The position numbers were made by a program, and so were the translations under genes. A DNA stretch of 64,000 nt from a virus. Location: IMG/VR virus record IMGVR_UViG_3300045988_173726, positions 64,001-128,000 of that record; one strand, 5' to 3'. Of the stretch, positions 18,064 through 26,449 are shown in pieces (position 1 is the stretch's first letter; each line of letters opens with the position of its first letter). The notes under the pieces were generated by a model. That model was given only the letters and a program-made list of their open reading frames with translations, was not told the DNA's origin and did no database searches.

Positions 18064-18570
18064 ATGATTAAGAAAAGTGGAGAAAACGGTTCACCTGCTA
18101 GAAAGACGCTTCATGTTCTGGTTGGTAATTACGGTGAGTTTCATAGAATCTTGCAAGAGGGCGTTGTTTATACGCTTTCCCCGCGCGGAGGCTACGAGAT
18201 AGATATGTCTGTAAACGGAGTGTTGTATAGCACTTTTGACGCAAGGAGTATAAGCCTTGCAGAGATAGTGTCTACGATGCCCGTTCGGGATAGGCATGTA
18301 GCGGTAGAGTTTGTGGGGGTCTTGTCAAAGCTTTGCACGATAGATGTTTTGTCGGAAATTATGGCAAAAAAGTATAGACTGGTTGTAACAGGCGGGGACG
18401 CGCTGTCTGGAATTTACGATTTGCTTTGTAAGACCTATGGTGAATCTGGTTTTAGTGTGTCTATGGACGACTTAAAGACAGTGTGCAGGAGTAGGGCAGA
18501 TTTTGTAGGGGCGTATCGTGCATTTGCGGGAGTAAACGGTGTTATGGGAAATCGCGGGATGCGGGGCTGA
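18064..18570 (+). CDS. hypothetical protein
   Basis: ATG 18064 lies 5 nt after GGAGG. The start region overlaps the end of the upstream gene. Confidence 0.5.
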   Translation: MIKKSGENGSPARKTLHVLVGNYGEFHRILQEGVVYTLSPRGGYEIDMSVNGVLYSTFDARSISLAEIVSTMPVRDRHVAVEFVGVLSKLCTIDVLSEIMAKKYRLVVTGGDALSGIYDLLCKTYGESGFSVSMDDLKTVCRSRADFVGAYRAFAGVNGVMGNRGMRG

Positions 18571-18783
18571 TTGACAGGGTGTTTATTGGACAAATCTAAT
18601 GGTTAGTTTGTAATTGCCATTAGATTTAAGGCTTCTGTGTTAGGTTTTGGGCGCTTCGGTGTGCGAGACAAGTGACAGAGATGTCGCGACAGGTTTATCT
18701 GGGTATGCTTGGTTTGATAGTTGAACCTTGCATTTTGACTAGTAAGCTAATTTGTAGCTAGACCTGTGAAAATTCAAAGCGTT

Positions 18784-18822
18784 GCGGGGAGCGGATAGAA
18801 GAAATCCGTTTCCCGCTTTTTA
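18784..18822 (+). terminator. intrinsic terminator
   Basis: 13-bp imperfect stem GCGGGGAGCGGAT/ATCCGTTTCCCGC followed by TTTTT. Confidence 0.7.
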
Positions 18823-19191
18823 TTTCTAATCTTTTGTGTGTAATCTTTGTGGTCTTGGAAGAATATCCTAGACCCTATTAGAATTAAGCAGTACACATGG
18901 CTTTCTTGCTTATAAATTTAGGCTTGCTTTGCCGCGCCTTTTGGCTGTTTATCTGCTGATTTATTTTGCGTCTTTTCGTGTAGAAAATGGCGTGCAATTT
19001 TGCGCGATTTCTAGGATTTTATAGGGCTTTATTTTTCAAAATTCCGTGCGAGGGCGTGCAGAGCGGGTTTTCCTAGGGGCGCGGGAAAATTTTTGGCAGG
19101 GGCAAAGGCAAAATCCTGTCCAAAAGAAACAAGTACACTTAAGGAGTCGCAATTTGATAAAGTTCTCCGTTTATTCGGAAAAGGAGTTATT

Positions 19192-20328
19192 ATGAGGCGC
19201 AGTACAATCAAAAAGATAGCAGTTATTTCTTTATCAGTAATGGCAATACTTATGCTTTCGCTTGCAATAATTTTTAATCATTATTATAGCAAGCTACGGC
19301 GAGCGAGTAATAGTAATGCCTTGGCTACCCGTCAAAATGCGTTGGAGTCTGCGAGTGTTGGTTTGGATTTTGATGGCTTATCGGAAGAGCTGGACAAAAG
19401 TATCTTAGATGCGTTGACTAGTGAGATTTTGTGTGAGCAATCTAGGGTAATAGCGGATGAACAGGTAAAGGCGCTAGGGTCGGAGCTTGAGAAGCAGTCT
19501 ATTTCAAATATCTTGCTTGTAGGTGTAGACAATCGAGAGGGTAAGTTTGACGGAAATAGCGATACTATCATAATCGTGTCTATAGATAGGGCTAGGAAGC
19601 GTATAACGCTAACGAGTGTGCTTAGAGACACACTGGTTTATCTGGACGGCTACGGGAGCAGGAGGATTAACGCGGCATATGCGCTTGGTGGAGCAGAGGG
19701 CTTGGAGTCAGTCCTAAAAGAGATATACGGAATAGATTTCTCTGGTTTTCTGGTAGTAAACTTTAATGCAGTTAGAAACGCGGTTGATAAGGTAGGTGGT
19801 ATTGACTTAGCACTAAGTAAAGACGAGATACGGCTAATGAACGCCTATGTAAACGAGCAGAATAGGCTCATAGGGGACGACCCAGAGAAGGATGTGATTC
19901 GTAGCTATAAAGGTGGGGTGATGCACTTAAACGGCAATCAAGCCTTGGGGTATGCTCGGAATCGGTATGTAGGCACAGATTTTCATAGGACGATGCGGCA
20001 AAGAGTTGTAATTGAGAAGTGTTTGTCAAAGTTAAAGCGGTTAAATGTGCTTGAGCTTGGCAGTTTAGCGGACAGTGTTCTTCCAGAGGTTTATACAGAT
20101 TTAACGGAAAAAGATGTAGCTTCGCTATTACTAGTTGGCATTGACCTTGGTAGCTACAAAATATCGAGTCTTACGCTTCCTGTAGACGGAAGTTTTGATT
20201 TTGTAAAAGTCGGCGGGCAGGATGTGATAAAGGTAAATTTTAGGAAGAACGCTGATACATGGTATCAAACAATCTTAGCGAGCGACAGCGATGCGCTCAA
20301 AATTGATAGAAAAGTAGTTGACGATTAA
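19192..20328 (+). CDS. LytR-CpsA-Psr (LCP) family cell-envelope protein
   Basis: ATG 19192 follows AAAGGAG. N-terminal TM segment. The LCP core reads ILLVGVDNREG..DGNSDTIIIVSIDRARKRITLTSVLRDTLV...RINAAYALGG...VVNFNAVRNAVDKVGGIDL. Confidence 0.8.
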   Translation: MRRSTIKKIAVISLSVMAILMLSLAIIFNHYYSKLRRASNSNALATRQNALESASVGLDFDGLSEELDKSILDALTSEILCEQSRVIADEQVKALGSELEKQSISNILLVGVDNREGKFDGNSDTIIIVSIDRARKRITLTSVLRDTLVYLDGYGSRRINAAYALGGAEGLESVLKEIYGIDFSGFLVVNFNAVRNAVDKVGGIDLALSKDEIRLMNAYVNEQNRLIGDDPEKDVIRSYKGGVMHLNGNQALGYARNRYVGTDFHRTMRQRVVIEKCLSKLKRLNVLELGSLADSVLPEVYTDLTEKDVASLLLVGIDLGSYKISSLTLPVDGSFDFVKVGGQDVIKVNFRKNADTWYQTILASDSDALKIDRKVVDD

Positions 20329-20386
20329 CGCGCAATCTGCTAAACTGTCTTTAGCAGTTAGGTAGTTTGCAGGAGGCACGAGAGGT

Positions 20387-20458
20387 ATGGTTCTGGTAGG
20401 AGTGCTTTTGCTGGTAGGTGTAGTTTATCTGGTAGTCACGGCAAGTGAAAACGAATAA
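20387..20458 (+). CDS. 23-aa hydrophobic micropeptide (candidate)
   Basis: MVLVGVLLLVGVVYLVVTASENE. AGGAGG lies 10 nt upstream. It fills the gap between two genes. Confidence 0.3.
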   Translation: MVLVGVLLLVGVVYLVVTASENE

Positions 20459-20470
20459 GGGGGTAAGGAA

Positions 20471-20956
20471 ATGGCAGACAGAAAGTGGGACAGATTTTCC
20501 CGTGACGGTGGCTTGCAGTTGGAAGGTGACGCTTATAAGGGCGATTTCGAGGAGCGTTATTATGTGGGTGCATACGGTTATGGGCTTCATGTGTCGGGAG
20601 ATGAGCCGTATTTCTACGGTGGCATCAAGTATGCGGGCTTCCAGAATGTGTGTGAAGAGGTAAACGAGCCATCCATTAATGTTCTTGACCCGCTTCGTAG
20701 AGATGTTTCCGAAGTTGACGCGCTTAAGGACGCCGAAGAGCTGAATGTCATGGATTGGTTTGAGAACGGATTGTTGCCGATTGAGGTTTCCGCAGGTCTT
20801 AATGACGGAGAGCTTGTAATGAGCGCAACGGGCAAGGTTTATGCGGAACAGGGCAGTGATGCAGTTTATTTCGCTGAATATCGGTCTGTGTGGAAGAGTT
20901 GGCATCCGTTTGAGACAAAGAAGGAAGAACTCTTATATCTTCCGTTTGTTGACTAA
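20471..20956 (+). CDS. hypothetical protein
   Basis: RBS AAGGGGG. No motif recognised. The overlapping +2 and minus-strand ORFs are rejected. Confidence 0.55.
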   Translation: MADRKWDRFSRDGGLQLEGDAYKGDFEERYYVGAYGYGLHVSGDEPYFYGGIKYAGFQNVCEEVNEPSINVLDPLRRDVSEVDALKDAEELNVMDWFENGLLPIEVSAGLNDGELVMSATGKVYAEQGSDAVYFAEYRSVWKSWHPFETKKEELLYLPFVD

Positions 20957-20974
20957 GAATTTGGAGGGTAAGTC

Positions 20975-21031
20975 GTGATTTATATTATTGTGCTGGCAGG
21001 CTTCGCCCTGCTAGTGCGTTTAAGTAGATAA
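20975..21031 (+). CDS. 18-aa hydrophobic micropeptide (candidate)
   Basis: GTG start after GGAGGG. Sequence MIYIIVLAGFALLVRLSR. Confidence 0.25.
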   Translation: MIYIIVLAGFALLVRLSR

Positions 21032-21047
21032 CGGGGAGTAGTTGGAA

Positions 21048-21245
21048 ATGGGAGAGAATAATCGCCTTAAACTTGCGAGTAAGCCAAAGCCCGAACAGTT
21101 TTTCACGATTTCTGGTCGGGATAAGTTGCTGGAATCTACGGGTTATGTAGTTTTTCGGGACGGATTAACTTTTGCAGAGTATCTGGACGAAGATGACGGT
21201 TCTATCTATTTAATGAGGTGTGAGTTACGCTATGCGGCTAAATGA
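21048..21245 (+). CDS. hypothetical small protein
   Basis: ATG follows GGGGAG. 65 aa. Confidence 0.45.
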   Translation: MGENNRLKLASKPKPEQFFTISGRDKLLESTGYVVFRDGLTFAEYLDEDDGSIYLMRCELRYAAK

Positions 21246-21663
21246 GTATTGGAGACGGCTTAATCGTAGCGGGCTTCTTTGCTATCGTTGGACAGGTTTT
21301 GCGGAGTTTGCGGCTTGGTCGGAAGCGAACGGCTATCGTCCTTGGAGATTGCTCCATCGTAAAGACAAGAATGCGCTTTATAGCCCAGAAAACTGTTTCT
21401 GGGCTAGTTCCGTCCCAAGGAGTGAACCTGTTGTAAAGTGCGCAAGCTATGAAAAGACGGTTCGTATGCTCGGGCTTTATGACGTGCTGTTAGCAGAGAT
21501 TACAGAGGATGCAAAGCGAGCAGAGGCATGTTTAGAGGCTCTGTCCGAATCGGATTGGGTGAGTAGCAAAGATACTGCGCTTAAGCTTAAGAAAGAGGTG
21601 CAGTTGCTTATGCGGCGGGTTTCAGAAATCCGTTTAACTGCCCTTTATGACAAAGAGAAATAA
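21232..21663 (+). CDS. hypothetical protein, possibly DNA-binding
   Basis: FAEFAAWSEANGYRPWRLLHRKDKNALYSPENCFWA resembles the F..F..W....GY......R.D....Y.P.NC.W pattern of phage AP2/HNH-associated DNA-binding modules. This is a weak assignment. Confidence 0.4.
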   Translation: MRLNEYWRRLNRSGLLCYRWTGFAEFAAWSEANGYRPWRLLHRKDKNALYSPENCFWASSVPRSEPVVKCASYEKTVRMLGLYDVLLAEITEDAKRAEACLEALSESDWVSSKDTALKLKKEVQLLMRRVSEIRLTALYDKEK

Positions 21664-21701
21664 CGGGAAAGATTTTTGGCTAGAGGCAGGGGTGAGTTAG
21701 A

Positions 21702-22376
21702 ATGCGTGGCAGACCTACAAAGTATCTTACAAATGTTCTTGAGAATCTAAAGACGGCTATCTATAACTACTACAACTTAAGCACGGGAGAGGTTAGAGAA
21801 GTAGGCTTAAACGAGGTACCACTTAGCAGAGAGCGGGGGGCTTTGCTTGGGGATTTAATTGATTTGTGCTTAAACACGAATTACTTGAGTCTTGAGGCAA
21901 GGGTTTATCTGCGTCACGGGCTTGTGCGCCTTCCGATGTTAAGCGAGGTCTTGCTAAATGAAGAGGGAGTTCGGTCGAGTTATAACGACTGTCGGAGCAA
22001 GGCTAGATATGCTTGTACGAAGTTGCGAGAGGATTTCGGTGAGAAAGCGGTTGTTCTAATTTTAGACCAGAGAGAACCTGACTTGAGCGAGCTGGCTGAC
22101 AAGGTTTGCAAGGTTCGTGAGAAGTATTGCAAAATTTCGGGTCTTAGTGACTACCTGTTAGATTTCGATAAAATAACGGCTACGCCTGTCGTAAAAGGCA
22201 ACGGAGAGATTACGCGGGTAGTCGGTCTTATGGGGGCTTACAGAAAAGAGACAGTAGACAAGTTTATCGGGATGAACAAGGAGACACTTGGTTTTATCAA
22301 GTATTTGATGAGCAGTGCTTATTATCGCGAGAAGTATCGTGATATAGTGCGTTTAATCGAGGGGAGCGAGCCGTGA
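21702..22376 (+). CDS. hypothetical protein
   Basis: RBS GGGGTGAG. Begins MRGRPTKY. No family recognised. Confidence 0.5.
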   Translation: MRGRPTKYLTNVLENLKTAIYNYYNLSTGEVREVGLNEVPLSRERGALLGDLIDLCLNTNYLSLEARVYLRHGLVRLPMLSEVLLNEEGVRSSYNDCRSKARYACTKLREDFGEKAVVLILDQREPDLSELADKVCKVREKYCKISGLSDYLLDFDKITATPVVKGNGEITRVVGLMGAYRKETVDKFIGMNKETLGFIKYLMSSAYYREKYRDIVRLIEGSEP

Positions 22377-23629
22377 TAGAGATAAAGATTAGACAAGACT
22401 TAAAGATTACGCAGTTGTCCTCAAGGAGTGCAAAGAGTTTGCAGGCTATCATAAAGGCGGTAGAGGCGCATAAGGGGGAGACAGTTAATCTAAACTTCTA
22501 TCAAGTCGTTGTGACGAATGTCTGGAAGTGTGTGGAGTTTGGGAATCTGCTTTGCAAGTACGATGTGCGGATGGAGTTTTACAGTGCGCCGGAAGCGGCG
22601 AAGAGCGCAAAGGTGTTGCTTAAGCTTGGGGGTTTACCGGAGGATAGAGTTGTAAATCATGTGGTTGTCTCAAAGGCTGTAGAGGTTAAGCCCGCGCTTC
22701 GTGACGCATTAAAGGGCATGGCAGAGAAGATGCGTGTTATTGACGGGGAGCTTTGCCTTAAGTTAAGTGAGTGCGGGTTTCGGCAGATAGGGAATATGCG
22801 AACGCTTGAGTCGGTGGTAGAGGTTATAGCCTATCGAAAGACGCAGGAGGATTGCGCAGGCGTAGACAAGTTTATGCTTGATGTTACAGGCATTTCGATG
22901 GTGCAGGACGTGTATACTCGTATGGATGAGTTTGAAAGACAGGTCATTGCGCTCGGGTTTACGCCTCGGTACGCCGCAGAGGGTGAATACGGGGAGGCGC
23001 TGTTAAACGCGATTCATAATACGCTTGCATTTTCAAGGAGTCGTGATTTAAGCCCGAAAGAGCGTGTGGAGTTGTTAAACAGGAAGTTACCTGTAAATTC
23101 GGCGGTGCTGTTTATGACTTTCTGTAATGGGCAGTCTAGGTCAAATTCGCAGAGCATTTGTATAGATAACGAGCCTACTACGAGTAGACCCGCTATTTAT
23201 CTCGGCAGTTCGGAAGAGAAGAACGGGTATTCGCTAAAGTTTATGGTATTTCCGATAGAGGATAACTTTGTAGTGAGTGAGGATTACGCCTTAGATAACG
23301 AGGGGGAGTATCTGGGTAATATAAAGTCGTATGTAATGCCGATAGCCTTAGAGGATATAGGGTTTGGAGCAGACGATGTAGAGTTTTTCGGGAAGAAGTA
23401 TTTTGTAGCTTTGCCGATAGCGGATTCGGCAGGAGAGCCGGAGTTATATAACTTGTATGTGACAGACGGGGATAGGCTTACGACTCGGCAAGTATCGGTT
23501 GCGGAGTATATGAAAGCGGTGTTTGACGACAGAGGAGTGGTTTATGACGTGCCACTACTGAATCGCTGTATCGAGGAGAGCAACAGAAATATCGAGATAT
23601 GGAAGAATCGGAAAGATAGGAGCAAGTAA
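22373..23629 (+). CDS. hypothetical protein (418 aa)
   Basis: GTG start overlaps the upstream stop. RBS GAGGGGAG. Confidence 0.5.
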   Translation: MIEIKIRQDLKITQLSSRSAKSLQAIIKAVEAHKGETVNLNFYQVVVTNVWKCVEFGNLLCKYDVRMEFYSAPEAAKSAKVLLKLGGLPEDRVVNHVVVSKAVEVKPALRDALKGMAEKMRVIDGELCLKLSECGFRQIGNMRTLESVVEVIAYRKTQEDCAGVDKFMLDVTGISMVQDVYTRMDEFERQVIALGFTPRYAAEGEYGEALLNAIHNTLAFSRSRDLSPKERVELLNRKLPVNSAVLFMTFCNGQSRSNSQSICIDNEPTTSRPAIYLGSSEEKNGYSLKFMVFPIEDNFVVSEDYALDNEGEYLGNIKSYVMPIALEDIGFGADDVEFFGKKYFVALPIADSAGEPELYNLYVTDGDRLTTRQVSVAEYMKAVFDDRGVVYDVPLLNRCIEESNRNIEIWKNRKDRSK

Positions 23630-23764
23630 ACTCAAGTTTCTCTGTTAGAGAGCAGTATAAACTCAAGTTTCGGCTATATGCGGTTGCGGCTCTGCTTCGG
23701 CGGTAACAGGGGTCTTGTCCCGCAGAAAATCTGTGGAAAGAGAAAGAAAGTTTCGGGGTATACC
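23626..23764 (+). promoter_or_regulatory. three AAGTTTC-core motif copies upstream of the helicase gene
   Basis: GTAAACTCAAGTTTC at 23626. ATAAACTCAAGTTTC at 23657, 31 nt later. GAAAGAGAAAGAAAGTTTCGGGGTATACC at 23736-23764, abutting the ATG. Confidence 0.55.
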
Positions 23765-25918
23765 ATGATAGATAAAAGTAAGTTGATTGCAGACATTGAG
23801 CGTGTAAAAGGAATTAAGCATAGTGTCGAGCAACTGGCTGTTTTGAATAGCACGGGCGGTCTGGTGATTATTGCGGGTGCTGGTTCGGGTAAGACAAGCA
23901 CGATTACGGAGTTAGCCTATATCCGAGCAAAGACAGGGGAATTAGAGCCGTCTAAAACTCTTTGTGCGACTTACAGTAAGAGCGGTGCGCATGAGATGCA
24001 GAGGAAGTTTAAGCGTCTTTGTTCGGAGCTTGGGGACGATTTTGAATTGAGCTTTAAGACTCTGCATAGTTGCTATTATCAAATCCTTCGGTATCTGGGC
24101 TATCCGATAAACATTTGTAGTGAGGGCAGGGCGATGGGGTATCTTCGGCAAGCCCTAAAGGACTGCGGCATCAAGAGTAAGGACAAGGAGCTTGTAGAAT
24201 ATCTCAAAAACTTGTTTTCCTATCAGATAAACAAGGCGATGAGCTATAATGACTTGAGTCAGCACTATCAGTTTGACGAGAAGCGGATTAGTTTAGAGGA
24301 CTATAAGCGCGTAAACACGCAGTATAAGCAGTTAAAGGCGAACGACAGTGTTATGGAGTACGATGACATGCAGTTTATGGTTTACTGCATATTCTGCGGG
24401 GTTTCGGGTGCAGAGTTGACACAGAAAGTGTTGTCGTTCTGTAGGAGTCAGTGGAAGTATTTTATTCTTGACGAATTTCAAGATACAAGCACAATCCAGT
24501 ATAAGATTTTGCGGTGTATGTGCCCCACAGAGAACAGTGCAAATCTAATCGTAATCGGGGACGATGAGCAGGCAATTTACACTTGGAGAGGAACTGACCC
24601 TAAGATTATCCTAGAGGATGTGCAAGTAGACTATCGCTTGAGTTTATATGTTTTGTCCACAAACTATCGTTGCAAGTCAAATATCGTAAAGTTTGCGTTT
24701 AATTCCGTGAAGAATCTAAGCTATCGGCAGAAGAAGGAGCTTAATGCGAACACAGACGGCGGGAGTATTAAGATTCTTTCTAGTGATAACACACTTTACG
24801 GCATAAGCGAAGCGGTCTTAAAGTATGTCAAAGAGCGCATTGCGAGTGGAGAGAAAGCAGACAAAATAGCGGTACTAGTTAGAAATAACTACGAGGCTTG
24901 CGTTCTAAACGCAATGCTTTATGAGAACGGCATCTTTACGGATACGACAAGTGAGAGTATGAGGTTTACGCGGCAGGGGTTGTATGCCGATGTAAAGAGT
25001 GCGTTTGAGCTTCTTAGTAACACTTATAACGGGGACAGGGTTTCTGAGGTGCTTTGGAAGTATGTCGTATTTCTTGGTGCAAACGGAGCGAAGGTCATCG
25101 GGAGCATTATGAACGACTTCGGGGTAAGCCTTACGGAAGCTCTGGGGATTGCGCTAAGTTTAACTGCCTACAGTAGCAAAGTAGGCAAAGTGGGGGAGGA
25201 AATCCCGAGAGGATATAGAGATACGCTTGCGGCTAAGATTTACGCGATGGGTAGAGACACGGTATGGGGTCTGTATCAACTATATTCCCTTCTTTCGGCA
25301 AAGATTAGTAACGAGGACAAGTTTAGTGGTCTTATGGCTATTCTTTACGAGGGAGTTCGGTATATTTACGGAACTCCGGAGCGAGAAAGGCTTTTAAGCG
25401 GGTATTTATCGTATGTTAGGAGTTTATTTGGGCGGTTTAATACGATAGATAGGCTTAAGGAGTATTTTTCAGCGCTATATCAGTACGAGACAGCAGTAGA
25501 TAAGGGGTCAGACTGCATAAATGTCTATACCTATCATGGTGCAAAAGGTCTTGAGTGGGATACGGTAATTTTAATGTGCTGTGACAGCCTAGCCTTGCCG
25601 GAGAGTAGAAGCATTCGGGATATGGTAAACAGGGGTTACGAGTCCAAGGATATAGTGGAGTATATAGACTGCGAGCGGCGGTTATACTATGTTGGATGCA
25701 CGAGAGCTAAAGAGAGGCTTGTGATAGCTTGTGATAACAGTGAGCCGTCCCAGTTTCTTATGGAGTCTTTGGGATTAAACGATGCATACAGGGACAGTAA
25801 CCTTGAGCTTATTGAGGATTCAGACTTTAATTTAGCGGCGAAGGAGAGATTGCCAAGGTATTTGTCAGTCGTTGAAAGTTGGAGGAAGTCGGATGAAGAG
25901 GATAGCGAATCTGTTTGA
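23765..25918 (+). CDS. UvrD/Rep/PcrA-family superfamily-1 DNA helicase
   Basis: IIAGAGSGKTST (motif I), FILDEFQDTS (II), VIGDDEQAIYTWRG (III), LSTNYRC, YTYHGAKGLEWDTVIL (V), YYVGCTRAKERL (VI). I prefer the ATG at 23765; the track start at 23678 adds 29 residues that overlap the motif repeats. Confidence 0.85.
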   Translation: MIDKSKLIADIERVKGIKHSVEQLAVLNSTGGLVIIAGAGSGKTSTITELAYIRAKTGELEPSKTLCATYSKSGAHEMQRKFKRLCSELGDDFELSFKTLHSCYYQILRYLGYPINICSEGRAMGYLRQALKDCGIKSKDKELVEYLKNLFSYQINKAMSYNDLSQHYQFDEKRISLEDYKRVNTQYKQLKANDSVMEYDDMQFMVYCIFCGVSGAELTQKVLSFCRSQWKYFILDEFQDTSTIQYKILRCMCPTENSANLIVIGDDEQAIYTWRGTDPKIILEDVQVDYRLSLYVLSTNYRCKSNIVKFAFNSVKNLSYRQKKELNANTDGGSIKILSSDNTLYGISEAVLKYVKERIASGEKADKIAVLVRNNYEACVLNAMLYENGIFTDTTSESMRFTRQGLYADVKSAFELLSNTYNGDRVSEVLWKYVVFLGANGAKVIGSIMNDFGVSLTEALGIALSLTAYSSKVGKVGEEIPRGYRDTLAAKIYAMGRDTVWGLYQLYSLLSAKISNEDKFSGLMAILYEGVRYIYGTPERERLLSGYLSYVRSLFGRFNTIDRLKEYFSALYQYETAVDKGSDCINVYTYHGAKGLEWDTVILMCCDSLALPESRSIRDMVNRGYESKDIVEYIDCERRLYYVGCTRAKERLVIACDNSEPSQFLMESLGLNDAYRDSNLELIEDSDFNLAAKERLPRYLSVVESWRKSDEEDSESV

Positions 25919-26363
25919 CAGGTGGAGTTCCGGGCTACATGCCTTGGCATTGGGAATTTTTATCATTCTGGTGCTTGTGCTTTTTGGGTCTATGACTGGG
26001 GCTTACAACAAGGTGAGTAAGCGCACGGTTAAGAGGATTATGTATGATATGTACACACCGAAAAGCATGGAGTATTTCAATTCCAGAGCGCGGTATTATG
26101 TAAAGAAGCGGGTAATAACTTCCGATGAGGCGAGCCAGTTGTTTATTAGCACGCGGGAGAAGGAACTTACGGAGGACGATAAAGAGCGGAAGCTTGATAT
26201 AGAGAGCGTGACCGAGAGTAAGGCATCGGATAACACGACAGGAGATACTCTGTATCGGGTGAAAGCGTCTCTTCGGTATAAAGGAAAGACTACACGGTTT
26301 GAGATTATCTTTTCGGTAGATAAGAGTGGTGCAATATATAAGCATGTAGCACAGGTGCTATAA
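25893..26363 (+). CDS. membrane-anchored hypothetical protein
   Basis: ATG 25893 follows GGAGGA. One TM segment (LHALALGIFIILVLVLFGSM). Overlaps the helicase 3' end. Confidence 0.5.
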   Translation: MKRIANLFDRWSSGLHALALGIFIILVLVLFGSMTGAYNKVSKRTVKRIMYDMYTPKSMEYFNSRARYYVKKRVITSDEASQLFISTREKELTEDDKERKLDIESVTESKASDNTTGDTLYRVKASLRYKGKTTRFEIIFSVDKSGAIYKHVAQVL

Positions 26364-26370
26364 GTAGAAT

Positions 26371-26397
26371 AGGCGGTAGGGAGACCTGCCGCCTTTA
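26371..26397 (+). terminator. weak candidate terminator
   Basis: 10-bp stem AGGCGGTAGG/CCTGCCGCCT (one G.U), 4-nt loop, and a short T run. Confidence 0.4.
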
Positions 26398-26449
26398 GGC
26401 GATTAAGAGGGATTTGGTTTAGGTTTAATGGTTTTTGGAGGAAGCTTCT

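Noticed and set aside
20351-20905. 184-aa minus-strand ORF, plus the overlapping +2-frame ORF at 20445-20663
   Set aside because: Both overlap the SD-led + strand ORF 20471-20956. Neither has an RBS. All neighbouring genes are + strand.
23678-23764. Upstream start for the helicase ORF (29 extra residues, MRLRLCFGGNRG...)
   Set aside because: The extension overlaps the AAGTTTC motif copies and has no RBS. It would add an atypical basic/Cys leader before a normal UvrD N-terminus, so I prefer the ATG at 23765. That start also lacks a clear SD, so it remains uncertain.
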